DNA from: Mobula hypostoma
Taxonomy: Eukaryota
Length of the DNA stretch: 64,000 nt
Assembly (NCBI RefSeq): GCF_963921235.1
Contig: NC_086097.1
Coordinates: 217,002,001-217,066,000 of the forward strand
Direction: 5' to 3'
Shown here: positions 27,546 to 41,774 of the stretch, piece after piece
Layout: each line of letters starts with the position of its first letter
Position numbering within the stretch: position 1 is the first letter of the stretch
Notes under the pieces: generated by a model
Databases searched by the model: none
What the model was told of the DNA's origin: nothing
The model's input: the letters and a program-made list of their open reading frames with translations, nothing else
Translations under genes and position numbers: made by a program

Positions 27546-29572
27546 GCTCCATTCCTGTAGGATTCTCTCTGTGGAGTCCATTGAACAAGTTGCTGTGGAG
27601 AATTTAATATCCCTGACCTCTCAATGGATTTTATTCCAAAACCTCAATCAAATGGTATCTGAAAGTAGATCTCTTTCACAGAAATAACCAAACTCACTTC
27701 CTTAATAGTGCTTGTTTCATTTGCACATTCAAATCACTAAATGGCCCTCAAGCAAAATTTAGCACATTATGTATACACCAATATTTTGAACTGTTGTGCG
27801 AAACAATCTTTCATTCTTTATTAAATATTCCATATCTACTTCTACATACGAGGCTAGCGTTCTCAGAATTTACTCCTTCAGCATTGAAAAAGAAGTAAAT
27901 ACACTGTTTTTTCACTTAATCATTTCTTCTGCTGCCCCCTCTCTTCAAGTAATATTCCCCTGGTCTTAGTCCAGATGCAACCATTGTCTATGGAACATCA
28001 GCCTCGTCAACACCCTTCTTACGATCATTGGAATAATGACATGATTCGTGTTCATGATCAAAGTTTTTATATGCAGAAGCATTAAGGAAGTAATTGAAAC
28101 CTGTTACAGAAGCATGCAAGATTAAGCACACAAGGCAATCTAACTGAGAGGCAGTTTACTGAATTATTAAAGTCTCTGGTGGGTGTGGTATACAATGTCT
28201 TGTAAGTAATACTTGATCTTGGGAAGTCTATGCTCAGTTACTAGTATTCTCGAAGTTACATCACTGTTACTAACTTGACACGAATTGGGAATCTGATATA
28301 AAGATGCCAAAGATAGCTCATGTAGAAAGCAGATGGCACAAGAAAGAATACTCTCCTGAAGCTTGATGTTGAACAGGGTAGATTGAGCTTTATGCTATAT
28401 CTTGCTATCCCAGATCAGTACTGGTTGTGCTAAATGTTGTTAATGAGTGTCTAACCTTGAACCAGGTCTAGAGAGATTTAAAAAAATGTGAGAAACAGAA
28501 ACACCATCAAATGAAATAGAGAATGAATGAGTAATTAGAGAGCCCTGGTGAATGACAGTAGAGAGAGGAAGACAATGTTTCCTGCTCTCCATGGTGGGTG
28601 GGAGAAAACATTGCAAGCTCTAAGTAAGTTTATTATCAAATTACATATGTGTCACCATATACTACCTCGAGATTCATTTTCTTGCAGGCATTACTAGTAG
28701 CACCAAGAAAATATAACAGTCAATGAAAAACTATAAAGTCTGACAAGCAACCAATGTGCAAAAGAGGACAAACTGTGCAAATAGAATAATAATAATAATA
28801 ATAAAAAATATACTGAACTAAAAGAGGAAATTGAAAGACTATGGAGCATGAATAGTGTGTATATTGTCCCAAAAGTAATATCTACAACTGATATCATCCC
28901 AAATCACTACACAATAACATTAACCAGTTGGGGCTATACAGCAATATCTATGTAAATCTTCAGAAAGCCACAATACTAAGCATCACTAGAATAGTCTGAA
29001 AGCTCCTAGCAATTGAGTAATGAGTGTGCTTGGCTATATCCATACCTTAGGTCTTACCAGTTTGAGCAGAGAAAAAAATATAACTACAATAAAAATAAGA
29101 ATAATATTAATAACAAATAACCCTGAGAATATGAGTTTGAGAATCTTTGAAAGTTAGTCATAGGTTGTGGACTAACTTTTGTTACACAACATTGTGGGAG
29201 AGAAAGAAAGTAATGGATTCACAGAGAAGATCCACATTTTTCTCTGTATCTGGCCTCCAAATGATATATCATGGTTTGAACCAAACATATCTGATCCACC
29301 CAATAAATTATTCTTTAAAAACATACAAATGGTAATTCATATTGAACTTGAACTTTAGGCATTCTAATAGATGTGCATGGATCCATTAAGTTCATTATTT
29401 TGGCAGTGGTTAATATTAATCAATATAAGACCAGAGATGGAGTTTCAGACAGATGTTATTCAATTACCAATCACATAATTTCAGTAGCATTCTTTTAAAT
29501 AATCTATCAAATACAGTATTTATTGCAGTGATTGTTTTGAATGTTTAATAAAGATGTGTATTTCTCTTACAG

Positions 29573-29595
29573 AATACAAAACCTCTCGTTAAAAA
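29573..29595 (+). CDS. TRIM55: TRIM55 23-nt microexon (COS-box region)
   Basis: tttctcttacAG acceptor, AA|gtaagt donor; NTKPLVK(K); keeps frame between flanking exons. Confidence 0.9.
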
Positions 29596-29691
29596 GTAAG
29601 TACCAAGCAGAACAGATTTATTTCATTAATATTTCATAGGATATGATGTGCCACCGTACAATCCATTTATAAATATTGTAAAACTTCTTAG

Positions 29692-29816
29692 GATTTCAGA
29701 AGCATCAAAGATATCACACCTGGAAAAGATAGAACGTGGCTTTGAGAATATGGATCATTTTTCAGCTGTATTTACAAAGGAAGAAATGGTGCTCAGAGAG
29801 ATTGACTTCCAGAAAT
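29692..29816 (+). CDS. TRIM55: TRIM55 coding exon (COS box)
   Basis: cttAG acceptor after a 96-nt intron, T|gtaagc donor, 125 nt; ISEASKISHLEKIERGFENMDHFSAVFTKEEMVLREIDFQK. Confidence 0.93.
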
Positions 29817-30674
29817 GTAAGCAGATTTTCCACTAATATTTTTTTATCATTTACATTTTGTAATAAACAGCAAGCTAAAGGTTAGAAAGCAATTCCAAAG
29901 TGAATTTTGTGCTCATTACAATGTGGCTACCTGAAATAATCAAGAAACTTATGAATATCAAGGAGGAAAATTAAAATTAGAGAATTTCACCTGTGAAATA
30001 AAATTAGAAAATGCTTGGCTGATCAGGTCACAAAATATTTAGCACCACATGGCACTAGTCTGGCAAAACAGATGCCTTCTTTAGTGAAGTTATTAGAGCG
30101 ATATCAAGCAAATACAATAATTTTCACCCTTCTTTCAGATGCTGATTTATTCATTTATTCAAAATAATTGCCAAACATATCAAACATGATGAGCCAATCA
30201 CAAAGATAATAAGGTCTCGATTCCCCACATTCAGCTATGTGTTGAGATCAGCTGAACTCTTAGTTGCAATTACATATTTTCTTTTAATTTTATGGCATGG
30301 CTTTTCCAGAGAGGGCTCTTTTTAGGCACAGTGAATTTTAAAATTGATTTTCAAATCCAACACAGCCAGCTAAAATGCAACCACATGTCCAATTTCTCAT
30401 GCTGATCCCTATATATTTTTTGATGGGTGTGGCGAATTAATGGTGATATTGTCTCAAATTTAATGAGGAAAGTTAAGTTGCTTATGCAAGCAATGAGATG
30501 CTGGAGGGATTCAGTGGGTCTGGAGGCAAAGTGTCCTGCGTCAGATTCTCAGCCTTGAGCAGCAACTACCACTTTCCTCCCACGGACACTGGGCAGCTCA
30601 CTCAGTTCCTGCAGAAAATTGTTCATTGCACGAGATTCCAGGATCTGCAGCCTCTTGTGTCTCCATTATCTTTC

Positions 30675-32150
30675 ACAGAACATACAGCAGTACAGCTCAG
30701 TACAGGCCCTTCAGCCGTGATGTTATGTCGGCATTTTACCCCACTGCAAGATCAATCTAACCCTTTTCTCCACATAGCCCTCCATCTTTCTTTCATCAAG
30801 GTGCCTATCTGAGACAGCCTTAAATCTTCCTATTGTATCTGCCTTTACCACCACCACTAGCACTTACCACTCACCATTCCTCTGACATCTCCTCCTATTC
30901 TTTCCTCCAATCACCTTGAAATTATGCCCTCTTGTACATGCCGTGCCAATCCCAGGGAAGAGTTTTAGTTGTCCACTCTGTCTATGCCTTTTATCATTTT
31001 ATACACCTCGATCAAGTCACCACTTGTCCACCTTCACTCCGAAGATAAAAGCCCCAGCTTGCTCAAGCAGTCCTCAGAAGACATGCTCTCCAATCCAGGC
31101 AGCATCCTGGTAAATATCTTCTGTCCTCTCTCTAAAGCTTCCACATTCTTCCTATAATGAGACAACCAAAACTGAACACAATATTCCATTTATGGTCTAA
31201 CCAGAGAGTTGTGGAGGTACAACATTACCTTGTGAATCTTGAACTCAATCCCCCGACTAATAAAGACCAACACACTATGTGCCTTCTTCACCACCTTATC
31301 AACTTGCATGGAAATTATGAGGGATCTATGAACATGGACCCCAAGATCACCGTGATCCTCCTCTCCGCTAAGAACTCTGCCATTAACCCTGTACTCTACC
31401 TTCAGCTTTGACCTTCCAAATGGTATCACTTCACACTTGTCTAGGTTGAATTCTATCTGCCATTTTGCAGCTCAGTCCTACATTTTGTCAGTGTCCCTCT
31501 GCAACCTACAACAACCCTCCACACTATCCACAGCTCCTCCACCAGCCCCCACATCATCTGCAAACCTACTAAACCCATCCTTCTATTTCCTCATCCAAGT
31601 CATTTATAAAAATCACAAAAAGCAGGGGTTCCAAAACCATTCTCCCTGTGGAACATCACCGTTCACTGACCTTCAGGCAGGATACGCTCCATCGACTACC
31701 ACCCTCTGAGTTCTGTGGGCAAGCAAATTCTGAATCCACGCAGCCAAGCTTCCAGGGATCACTTACCTCCTGACTTGCTGAATGAGCCTGTTAAAGAGAA
31801 CCTTATCAAGCACCCTACTGAAATCCATGTATACCACATCTACTATTCTACCTTCATTAATATATTTTGTAACTTCCTTGAAGAATTTGATCAGGCTCAT
31901 GAGGCATGGCAACCTGCCCCTCACAAAGTCATGTGGACTATCCCTAATCAGCCTGTGAGTCTCCAAATGCTCGTAAATCCTGTCTCTAAGAACCCTCTCC
32001 AATGTTTTGCTCAGCACTGATGTCATATTTACTGCTCTATAATTTGCAGGATTATCCTTACTACCTTTATTGAACACAGGAATAACATTTGCCACCCTCC
32101 AATCTTCTGGTACTACTCCTGTGGCCAGTGAGGGCACCAAAAATCGTCGC
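30675..32150 (-). mobile_element. Degraded CR1 LINE
   Basis: VPEDWRVANV..NYR..DVVYMDFS motifs and CR1 tail. Confidence 0.82.
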
Positions 32151-32257
32151 CAATGTTCCCCATATTCTTTTAATAATAAATACAGTGAGAGAAGTCGCCA
32201 ACAGAAACTTGTCAGAAATAAAATAACAATAAGAGGTAGAAATCCAAAAAGTTAACA

Positions 32258-32982
32258 AAGGAACTAGAGATCTAGGTGTCCTTGTTCATCAGTCACTGAA
32301 AGTAAGCATGCAGGTACAGCAGGCTGTGAAGGAAGCTAATGGCATGTTGGCCTTCATAACAAGGGGAGTTGAGTATAGGAGCGAAGAGGTCGTTCTGCAG
32401 TTGTACAGGGCCCTGGTGAGACCACGCATGGAGTATTGTGTGCAGTTTTGGTCTCCAAATTTGAGGAAAGACATTCTAGCTATTGAGGGAGTACAGCGTA
32501 GGTTCACGAGGTTAATTCCCGGGATGGCCAGACTGTCATATGTTGAAAGATTGGAGCGACTGGGGTTGTATACGCTGAAATTTAGAAGGATGAGAGGGGA
32601 TCTGATTGAAAGATATAAGATTATTAAGGGATTGGGCACGCTAGAGGCAGGAAACATGTTCCCGATGTTGGGGGAGTCCAGAACCAGAGGCCACAGTTTA
32701 AGAATAAGGGATAGATAATTTAGAACGGAGTTGAGGAAAAACTTTTTCACACAGAGGGTTGTGGTTCTGTGGAATGCTCTGCCTCAGAAGGCAGTGGAGG
32801 CCAATTCTCTGGATTCTTTCAAGAAGAGTTAGATAGAGCTGTTAAAGCTAGCGGAGTGAAGGGATATGGGGAGAAGGCAGGAAAAGGGTACTGATTGTGG
32901 ATGATCAGCCATGATCACAGTGAATGGTGGTGCTGGCTCAAAGGGCTGAATGGCCTACTCCTGCACCTATTGTCTATTGTCT
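32258..32982 (+). mobile_element. CR1 3' fragment
   Basis: [23 protein letters not shown]. Confidence 0.88.
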
Positions 32983-33107
32983 AAATCTAAAATGTTAAAA
33001 AAGGAACTGCTTCAAATGTATGGATCTCAGCTGACACTTAAAAATTTACATGCAGCAATATCACAGGCACAAAGCATCAGAGACCCTTTACTAATCTGTA
33101 CCTTCTG

Positions 33108-33745
33108 GGATTGGAATTGGTTTATCATTGTCACATGTACTGAAGCACAGTGAACAACTTGTCTACATTGCTGCTCATACAGATCAAATCATTACACAGT
33201 GCAGTGCGGTTGCCAAGGTAATGCAAAACAAACTATAACAACTGCAGAGGAAGTGCAGTGCAGTTAGGCAATAAGGCACGTTGTCATGGTAAGCTGTATT
33301 GTGATGTCATGAATCCACCTTAATGTACTGTGGAACCATTTAATAATTTTATAACAGCAGGGTACAAACTGTCTTTCAGCTTGGAGGTATGTGCTTTCAG
33401 GTTTTGTATCTTCTGCCTAATGGAAGTGGGGTGAAAAGAGAGTGCCTGGGGCGGGTGGGGTCTTTGACTATGCTGGCTGCTTCACTGAGGCAGTGAAAAA
33501 GAATGGACATGGTCGAAGGAGGGGAGGCCATTTTCCATGACATGCTGAGCTGTGTCCACAGCAACAGTATCTATGCTTTCTTGAGGTCATGGGCAAAGCA
33601 GGTGCCAGTTGTCAGTTGTCCAGTTGTCAGTTATCCAGATAGGATGTGCTCTATGGCGTATTGATAAAAATTGATGGGGGCAGATGGGGACATGACGAAT
33701 CTCTTTAGCATCCTGAGGAAGTAGAAGTGTTGGTAAGCTTTCTTT
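33108..33745 (-). mobile_element. Old Rex1-like LINE 3' fragment
   Basis: ggaattggtttatcattgtcacatgt tail and similarity to other Rex1-like fragments in the window. Confidence 0.55.
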
Positions 33746-34066
33746 GCGTCTGTTGATGCTGCTTAGCCTACTGAACTCTTCCAGTGTTCTGGTTTTGTTC
33801 CAGTTTCCAGTATCTTTGTCTTTTGGTTGATTTTTTACTTATTTCTTAAGTGCTGATGTTGCTGGTGATATTAGTGTTCCTGCACCTGGCCAACGCAAAT
33901 CAATGATCTCATTGAGCTCATACCCTCCTCCCTCCCCTCTGCCCACACCCGTCTCCCAAACGTGCAACAACTTTGTGATGATACTACCGCCATTTACTGG
34001 ACACTCATATATCAGAAGCTGACAGCACCAAAGGAGCACTCATACATGTACACTTTAAACCCACAG

Positions 34067-34284
34067 TTGAAGAGGAAACTGAGGAACTGGAAGGAGAAGG
34101 GGAAGAGGCAGCAGCAGCAGAAGCTGGGGAGATTCACACTGAAGTGGAGCAGTCCCAGCAACAGGAAGAACCTGCTGAAGCTATGCCATTGCCCACGTCT
34201 CCAGCAGAGCCAGTACCCACAAGCGCAGCTGCATTGGCGGCAGAAGCGGAGAATGATTCATTGCCAGCAGATGCTGTTCAGCAG
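34067..34284 (+). CDS. TRIM55: TRIM55 coding exon, acidic tail
   Basis: cccacAG acceptor, CAG|gtaacc donor, 218 nt, phase-compatible with previous exon; (F)EEETEELEGEGEEAAAAEAGEIHTEVEQSQQQEEPAEAMPLPTSPAEPVPTSAAALAAEAENDSLPADAVQQ. Confidence 0.88.
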
Positions 34285-35819
34285 GTAACCCAGACGTTCA
34301 AGCTTTGATGCTAACAATTAGTGGCAGCATTTCAAAACTTCCAGAAAATGCAGCCTTATTTTGCTGGGAAGGAGTTTTTTTAGATCCTTCTAAGAGAATT
34401 ATGTTAAAAGTCACAGAATTGCCATCAGGAGTGGAAAGTCCTGGTTTTATTCTCTCAAGAGACACAGTCTGAAAAGGATAATGTTCTGGATCACCTCAAA
34501 ACTCTTGCCCCCAGTCATTCATGATTGAAAAGTGAAATTGCATATAATATCAGGCTTCTTCTCAAAATTCCTTCCCTACTTGTATCACTTGCCCAGGTGG
34601 ATCTATATATTGTATTTCAATTATGTGTCTGTGTTTTTAATTGATTCATTAACAATCGTTTCAAATTTTAATATAAATGTAACAGCTTTTAGTTTTAAAT
34701 TTTCAAACAGAAACTGTGAATTTCAGGCCAGTGACCCTCAGCTTCTATCCATTACTTTGCCTACTTTTGTATTCCATCAAGATCAAAAAGTCTCTCCATT
34801 CCTTGCGTCTCAGCGCATAAACTGTTAGAAGTTCATACAAGCCAAATCGAGCCCATTTGGAAGGGAAAGGGAAGATAGCCAAGAAAAGGAGGAGTGGAGG
34901 AGTGGGGAGGTAATACGTGGACTGGTAGGTGATAGGTGGATTGAGAAATGTTGAGGGATGGTGGGTAAATGGAGGATGGGGCAGATTCCAACACCTGCAG
35001 TCCATGTGTTCACTTCTACCCTCCCCTCCCCTCCCCTCACCTGGCTCTTTAACCCTCCTCACTCCACCTATCACCTACTGGCCCCTGTCTCGCACTCCTT
35101 CTCCTCGTTATTATTGTTATCTTCCCTCTCCACTTTCAGCCCTGATGCAGGGCGTCAATCTGGAATACCATCAGTTCCCTTATCCCCACAGATGTTGCTC
35201 GACCCACTGCGTTCCTCCAGCAGATTATTTTGTTGCTTCAAATTCCGGCCTCTCCAATCCCATATCTGTGCTGATCCCACTCAGATCAACAGAGCCAAAT
35301 GTTAGGGATCATACATGGCCTCAGTATCCCGGGGATGAGAGTACCAAATTAACTCACTAAACTATAGGTCTTACCTGGAAGGAGAGTGTGCTTGAGGTCT
35401 GGTTGAAACATCGCCAAAGCTATTATTCCACCTGTTTTAGATTACACTTAACAAATCTGGATTTGCCTCTCTGATGAAATTACTGCTGAAAATATGATGG
35501 ATATGAATTTTTACCCTGCTGCAATGGCGATACTTTGCTAGTACCATTTAAGTATTGTGTCTCTGTGTTACCATTAGTTCTATCAGTTCTGTTTGGGAGC
35601 TCAACATTACAGGAATAGAAAAGAAGTTGCTGCAGCTTTTCAATGCCAGCAGCTGCTTAAAACTAGAATTGTTTCTTGTGTGAAAGAAACTTTGGCATGG
35701 TGCATCAGAGGCTTACGATATAGGCACTGACCCTCAGCTTTTCACGGTTGACTATAGAAGTGTATTAGATCCAAATAATGCTGAATGGTGAGGCCCAGTC
35801 TGGGAGTGGAGGGGGGAAA

Positions 35820-36275
35820 GCTTTAGAGAGGGTGCAGAGGATGTTGCCTGGATTAGAGATCATGTCTTATGAGGGAAGACAGGTTGAGCAAGCTTGGACT
35901 TTTTTCTCTAGAGCAGAGGATGAGATGCAACTTGATTGAGGTGTACAAGATGATAAGAGGCATAGATTGAGTGGATAGCCAGAGGCGTTTTCCCAGGTGG
36001 AGGTGGCTAACCCAGAGAGTGGTGCATGCATGGAACACACTGCCAGAGTTAGTGGTGGAGGCAAATAAATTAGGGAAACTTAAGAAACTTGTAGATAGGC
36101 ACATGGATTATGTAGGGTGAAGGGTTAGATTGTTCTTAGAGTAGGTTAACAGGTCAGCATAACACTATAGGTCACGGTTCCCAACTTTTTTTATGTCATG
36201 GACCCCTACCAATAACTGAGGAACTTCAGCATTCGGCTGAGGGACCTGTACTGTGCTGTAGAGTCCGATGTTTTA
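35820..36275 (+). mobile_element. Degraded CR1 3' fragment containing a hAT-MITE end
   Basis: CR1 RT C-terminal remnant; ggttcccaacttttttt..catggacccc MITE-like terminus at about 36172-36207. Confidence 0.65.
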
Positions 36276-36690
36276 TCAAACATCCAGAGCTCCAGCTAAG
36301 TCCCATGCCCCAATTTCAATAGTTCTGGAAATATGTGTCAAACCACTATACCATGCAGAAAAATAAAAATAGCTTTAAAATTAATAAACAGATTTTACTA
36401 GACTCTGGAAGTCTCAAAGTGTTTGAGAGCAAATTAAATAGCTTTGAAGTGTAGTTAATTTTATAATGTGAGAAATGCAGCCACTTTGCAGCATGCAAAC
36501 ACCCATATAAAGCAATGTGATAATGACCTAGCTGACTGTGATACCAGGGATACTTCCATTGCTCTGCCTAATGCTGAAGTTCCTCAGTTAATGAGAGGGG
36601 TCCATGACATAAAAAAAAAGTTGGGAACCCTGACCTATATGATGACCTTTTAACCTACTCTGAGATCAATCTAACCCTTCACCCTACATA
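36109..36690. repeat. About 120-bp inverted duplication (36109-36233 vs 36570-36690)
   Basis: Direct reverse-complement alignment with few mismatches and a small indel. Confidence 0.85.
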
Positions 36691-38460
36691 TACTGCCTTG
36701 GGATCTACTTAAGACAACAGCAAAGTCCTCAAATTAACTTTATCTAAAAGGCAACACCTTGACTGTGTGAAACTGATTCAGCATTGGAGTGTCAGCATAG
36801 ATCTTTGAAAAGTCTCTATGCTTGAACCCACAACCATCTGACTTAGAGCCTAGTGTGGGACTAATTAGGACATTGCTTATACCTTGGTCAATATAAACAG
36901 AAAGGAGCCTGACTACTTCAACAGGCCATGGTAAATGGAACTTCTCCTGAACAGTCTACTGCCTACTGTCAGCTTGGTATTAATATGTGGGTCATATTGC
37001 AGTCCTCTCACAAATATCTATGAATTGAAATGATCAAAAGCCTCATTTAATAGATAATACTTGTTTCTTTTACCTATTACCACAGTCCATCACCCTAGCA
37101 ACTGCTACCGAATGCACTGGCAGCATAGCGTATGCTCTCTAAAGAGGACATAGCCCATGGCTTCAGGGAAAAATAAATCATGGATTGTGACCACAACCTC
37201 TAACTTTTCACCAACTTCAGAAGAATATTGGAGTACCAGGCCAGAGAGTGATGAATCTGTGGAATTCATTGTCTCAGATGGCTGTGTAGAATAAAGTCAT
37301 TGGGTATATTTAAGGTGGAGGTTGATAGGTTCTTGATTAGTAAGGGTGTCAAAGGTCAGTAGGAGAAGGCAGGAGAACAGGGTTGAGGGGGATAATAAAA
37401 TCAGCTGTGATGGAATGGCAGAGCAGATCAATGGGCTGAATGGCTTAACTATGTGCCCATGTCTACATGCTATGTCTTTGTTTTGTGGCTGCCTGCAAGA
37501 AGATGAACCTAAAGGTTGTATAGTGTATACATACTTCAATAATAAATGTACTTCGAACTTTGAGGGAGACACATAATAGTTGAGTTAGCATTCAGAAGTG
37601 AGTTTGTATGAGTATTTCCATATAAGTTACCTGTGCCTTTTTACTCCACCACTATCATTCAAAATTGGATGGATGATGATAAATCTGTTCAACCTTCAGG
37701 GAACATTTTTTTTTGATTAACACATGTCAAATATATATTTCTTTTTATATAGCTTCAGATTTTAAGTGGTAAGGACTATTACTGCACAATAAACTCTATG
37801 GAAAATGACACGGGCAACTCAGCTGCGACACAGCTCCAAACGCCTCCTTTTAGCCAATCGAAACACACTTGATGTTTTCACCATCAGCATTAGACAGAAG
37901 GGTGGTGGTCTTGTGGAGCCTGAGATCAGCAATGTGTGAGAACTGAATTGTTACTACAGTCTGTGCTGGTGATGGGATGGAGAGGAAAGGGACCCATTTT
38001 GTCATCATTACATTCAAAGATACCAAGCTGTCATTAGCACATACCCTGGATTCAAATGAAAATAAGTTCCCCTCAGTACTCAAATCAAAAGAGCTTTGGA
38101 AAGTTATGGTTAGAATAGCTGCACTGTTCTGACCTGCTACTTTGAAGATGATGGGACTCTAGCAAATAATGGTGGTTGTTAATGTTATCAAGCCATTACT
38201 TTTTTGTTATTTTGTTTCTGTTAACTTTGGAGAGTCCTCATCCTAATACACTATCAGAATTTTGGAAGACCAGCTCACTATCCACTTCACCCATGGGAAA
38301 TATTAGGTTTTCTTGTTAAAACAGATCTCGCCAAGGAGCAAGAACTTAACACTGATATATCTTTAAAACAACACAGTATTGTTTTAATGTTTGTTTTATC
38401 AGTGTACAGAGATAAAATAATAGTTAGTGTCTATTTGTTTCATTGTCCTGTTTAATGAAG

Positions 38461-38745
38461 GCCGTCACTGAGATGACTGCATTGGAGTCTGGAACTCAGT
38501 TGCCAACAGCAGCCGCAGCAGTAACAGCAGAACCTTTGTTTTACCCTGCTTGGCATAAAGCTCGTTCATTGGACAAGATCAGCCCTAATTTGAATCCAGT
38601 GAACAAGAGTTCAGGGGATAATAGCAGTCAAATTGGGTCAAGAATTCCAGTTGAGAAAGATGTAAAGAAGCTGGAAGTAAATCGCAGTTCATCTGCACAG
38701 GAAAAGGACACTAATGAAGCTAGTTCAGCTGCTGCTCAATCACAG
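38461..38745 (+). CDS. TRIM55: TRIM55 penultimate coding exon
   Basis: gaAG acceptor, CAG|gtcagt donor, 285 nt phase 0/0; contains EPLFYPAWHK, matching the TRIM55 PLFYPSWYK motif. Confidence 0.88.
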
Positions 38746-41700
38746 GTCAGTGAGGGGTTAATTGTTTGCGCAATAAGTTCTGCACATGTTGTGGGGCAGT
38801 TTTAACATAATGTACCTTACTGTCATACTCATTCATGTATCTAAATAAGATTCGTGCATCGAGAAGTAGACTGCAGTTGTGTCTTTTTAACAAGAGGGAA
38901 TTCGTTAGTGTTTCCCAAAGGCTCAAAGGACAACCTCAACACAGTGTGGCACTGAGCAATCCAAAAAAGGAAGGCCTCTGGTTGACCTTCTGTTTTGTCC
39001 TGAATTAGCTCATGTCATTCAGGTTGCAGTACTGGGAAGTCGAGAGGCCAGCTGCTGTTGCTGGTCCTGGAACCCACCTACTGACTCGGTCCCAGTGGGG
39101 GCCGAGGCCAGATTGGGCTTTGACAGTCCTCATGGATAAATAAGCTTTTGAAAATGAAGCCCTGCCCTTTTTTGTCTCAAGCGTTGATAAGTGCAATGAA
39201 CATAGATATTAAAATAATGCTGGCCAGGAAATAAGATAAAGTCCAGATGATTTCCTCTAAACTCCCAAAGGGGAAAAATACACTTGGGAACTGGAGGACT
39301 TCCGATGTCCTCTTAGCAACAAGAATCACTGCTAAGAGGGAAAAGAATTGATGGGACACAGACCGAAAGTGAAATCCCCTTGCTAATCCTCCCGCTAATC
39401 CTCCCTTAGTGCGACCCAAAAGGATATCAACAAAATAAGTCAGTAAGGAGAAATTCTGTTCCCCTCAAGAGAACAACTGCACTCTACTACATGAAATCTA
39501 ATGTACCCGAATAAAATGCTTCTCCATGAATAACAGTGACTGCATTGTTTAGTGAATGCCTTCTCACCACTCTGCAGAGTTTTGCATTTACTAAAGTTTT
39601 TAAAGAATTAGTTATCGACAAAAGAGCAGACACAGTGTATCTTATTTCCCATAGGGTCTAGCGTTCTTCATTTCAGTTTTGGTTCTGATGATCGCACTTC
39701 GCCACCTTTGGAATCAGATTCAGTACATGATTTTTTCTTTTCTGGGTAGGAAGAATATTTTTAAATATGGTGTCTTTAAAACACAAAGTAGTTACTCACA
39801 CTCTCCTCCTGCTTAAGGAAAAGTATGTCAATTGCTCTTTAATATAAATATTTAGAGTGAAATAGTTTCCTTCACCACCCAGCCTGAGGCACACTTGTTC
39901 CACCTTTGAGATTAGGTTATCCTGGCTACTATTTTGTTATGCTCATGTTAACATTGTTCAATGTTGGCTGACCATACACTGACAGTATATTTGTACCATA
40001 GGCTCCGAACAGTTCCTCCTCCTTATTCTTGAAATTATGAGATGAGAAATAATTTGCACCTGTCTGGATTACAAACCCAATTCTCCAACACTTACACTTC
40101 AAGATTGATGAACAGCAACAGTAATTTCAAAAAAAATGATGTCTATGTTACCATTAGCCGACAACTGTTGCATTTTAATTTCATGCTAAACAGTTTCATT
40201 TCCATATTTGCCAATCTATGACACATTTTGAAACTTTTAAAAGTGCATCCTGATGAATAATTGGTAACGTTTAGACAATTTAGTTTCCTGGCGAATTAAC
40301 CAGATTTTGCTACTGTCTTTATACCACAGTGATCATATCAATTTGCATTTGAGAGAGTGAGAAACTACTTTCATGTGGCATAAAAAGCAATCCCAGAAAT
40401 TATTGAGTGAGTGGTGGATTGACGCCCTAAAGATCTTCCCTGGATGAAAAATGTTTTCTTTCTCAGGAATGAATCCTTTTACAATGAGTGTGTCATGTGA
40501 ACTTCACTTGGCTTTGGAATTTTCTCACATGAGTATGAGTCGTTAATTTGTCTCAATGTTGATAAATGCCAATTTTTTTAAAGTTACATACTTAATTATA
40601 AGCTGGTTATCAGGAAAACACACTGGGCACAGAAGGGTGAAGGTTAACTGTGGTTCTATGTTCTTGCTCCTTACAATTTAAAATCTTTCTATAGATAATC
40701 ACTTTGCAACTATTTTAGAATATCCCTTCCTTTATTTTATTCCCCGTCTTTAATCTCTGCTGCCTATTTTTCACTGGAATCAAAGTGAGTAAGGAAATAA
40801 GGGTCCCATTTTATTTGCTTAAGATGATCCAAATTCTCTTAAAACTAAATATTACTTAGTGTTGCTTTATATCACAGGTTTAGAACAAGTGTGACCCATT
40901 TTTACTTTAAATAACTTTAAAAGTAGTCGGGAGTAACAGAGACACTATTATACATTGGAAAAATGAATAAAAAGAGAGGACTGACAACCAGTTAGTTTAG
41001 ACAGAGAGGTCGAACATGTTTAGTCGCTGTAATGTTAGTGATATGAAATATAATCAAATCCATACATAATATAATATAATTGAAACCATGTAGACATCAA
41101 CTATATAACGTAGAATTGTAAACACAGATTTCTATAAGGAAGAACATGTTTGACCAAATTTAAGTGATTTATTGAAACAGCAAATGTATAGTGGTTGAAT
41201 TTTCTAATAGCCTTTGACAGGGCATCACATAACTGACTTATGTCACTTAAAAAAGTAGACAGCAACAATAGAAAACGAAAAGCTGGATATAGTATGAATG
41301 ATAACCATTCATACTGGCAAACAAAGATGTGACGCTTAATGAAAATTGATACAGGAATTGCTGTTGCTCACATCTACATTATTAATTTAAACTCAGAATT
41401 TTAAATTGCAATTTAAAAGTTTACAAATAACAAAATGAAATAATAGTTAACACTGGGAAATAAATGCTTCAAATTACAAGAGATTATAAATAAATGTAAA
41501 ATGGAGAGTTAGTTACAAATTAATTTTAATATAGATAAACATAATGTGGTTCATTGTGATGGGATAACAAGGGAATAAAGCTCTAAACTGGATAGTAGAG
41601 ATATACTGGGAATATATGATGGTACAGTGAAGCGTAGAATATTAGCAACTTACTCTAATGGACACAGATAGGTGAGTGATAGGCAGAGTATATATTGAGC

Positions 41701-41774
41701 AATGTATGAGGCTATTGGGACAGTTGATAAAGAAGGGCCATACACTGAACTTAATCATTTACCTTGGATGACAC

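Noticed and set aside
33962..34288. 108-aa basic ORF overlapping a TRIM55 exon
   Set aside because: Alternative frame of the purine-rich acidic exon; splice phase selects the Glu-rich frame
38746..38805. Read-through C-terminus VSEGLIVCAISSAHVVGQF as an alternative TRIM55 end
   Set aside because: Good donor at 38746 and only trivial resemblance to known isoform tails
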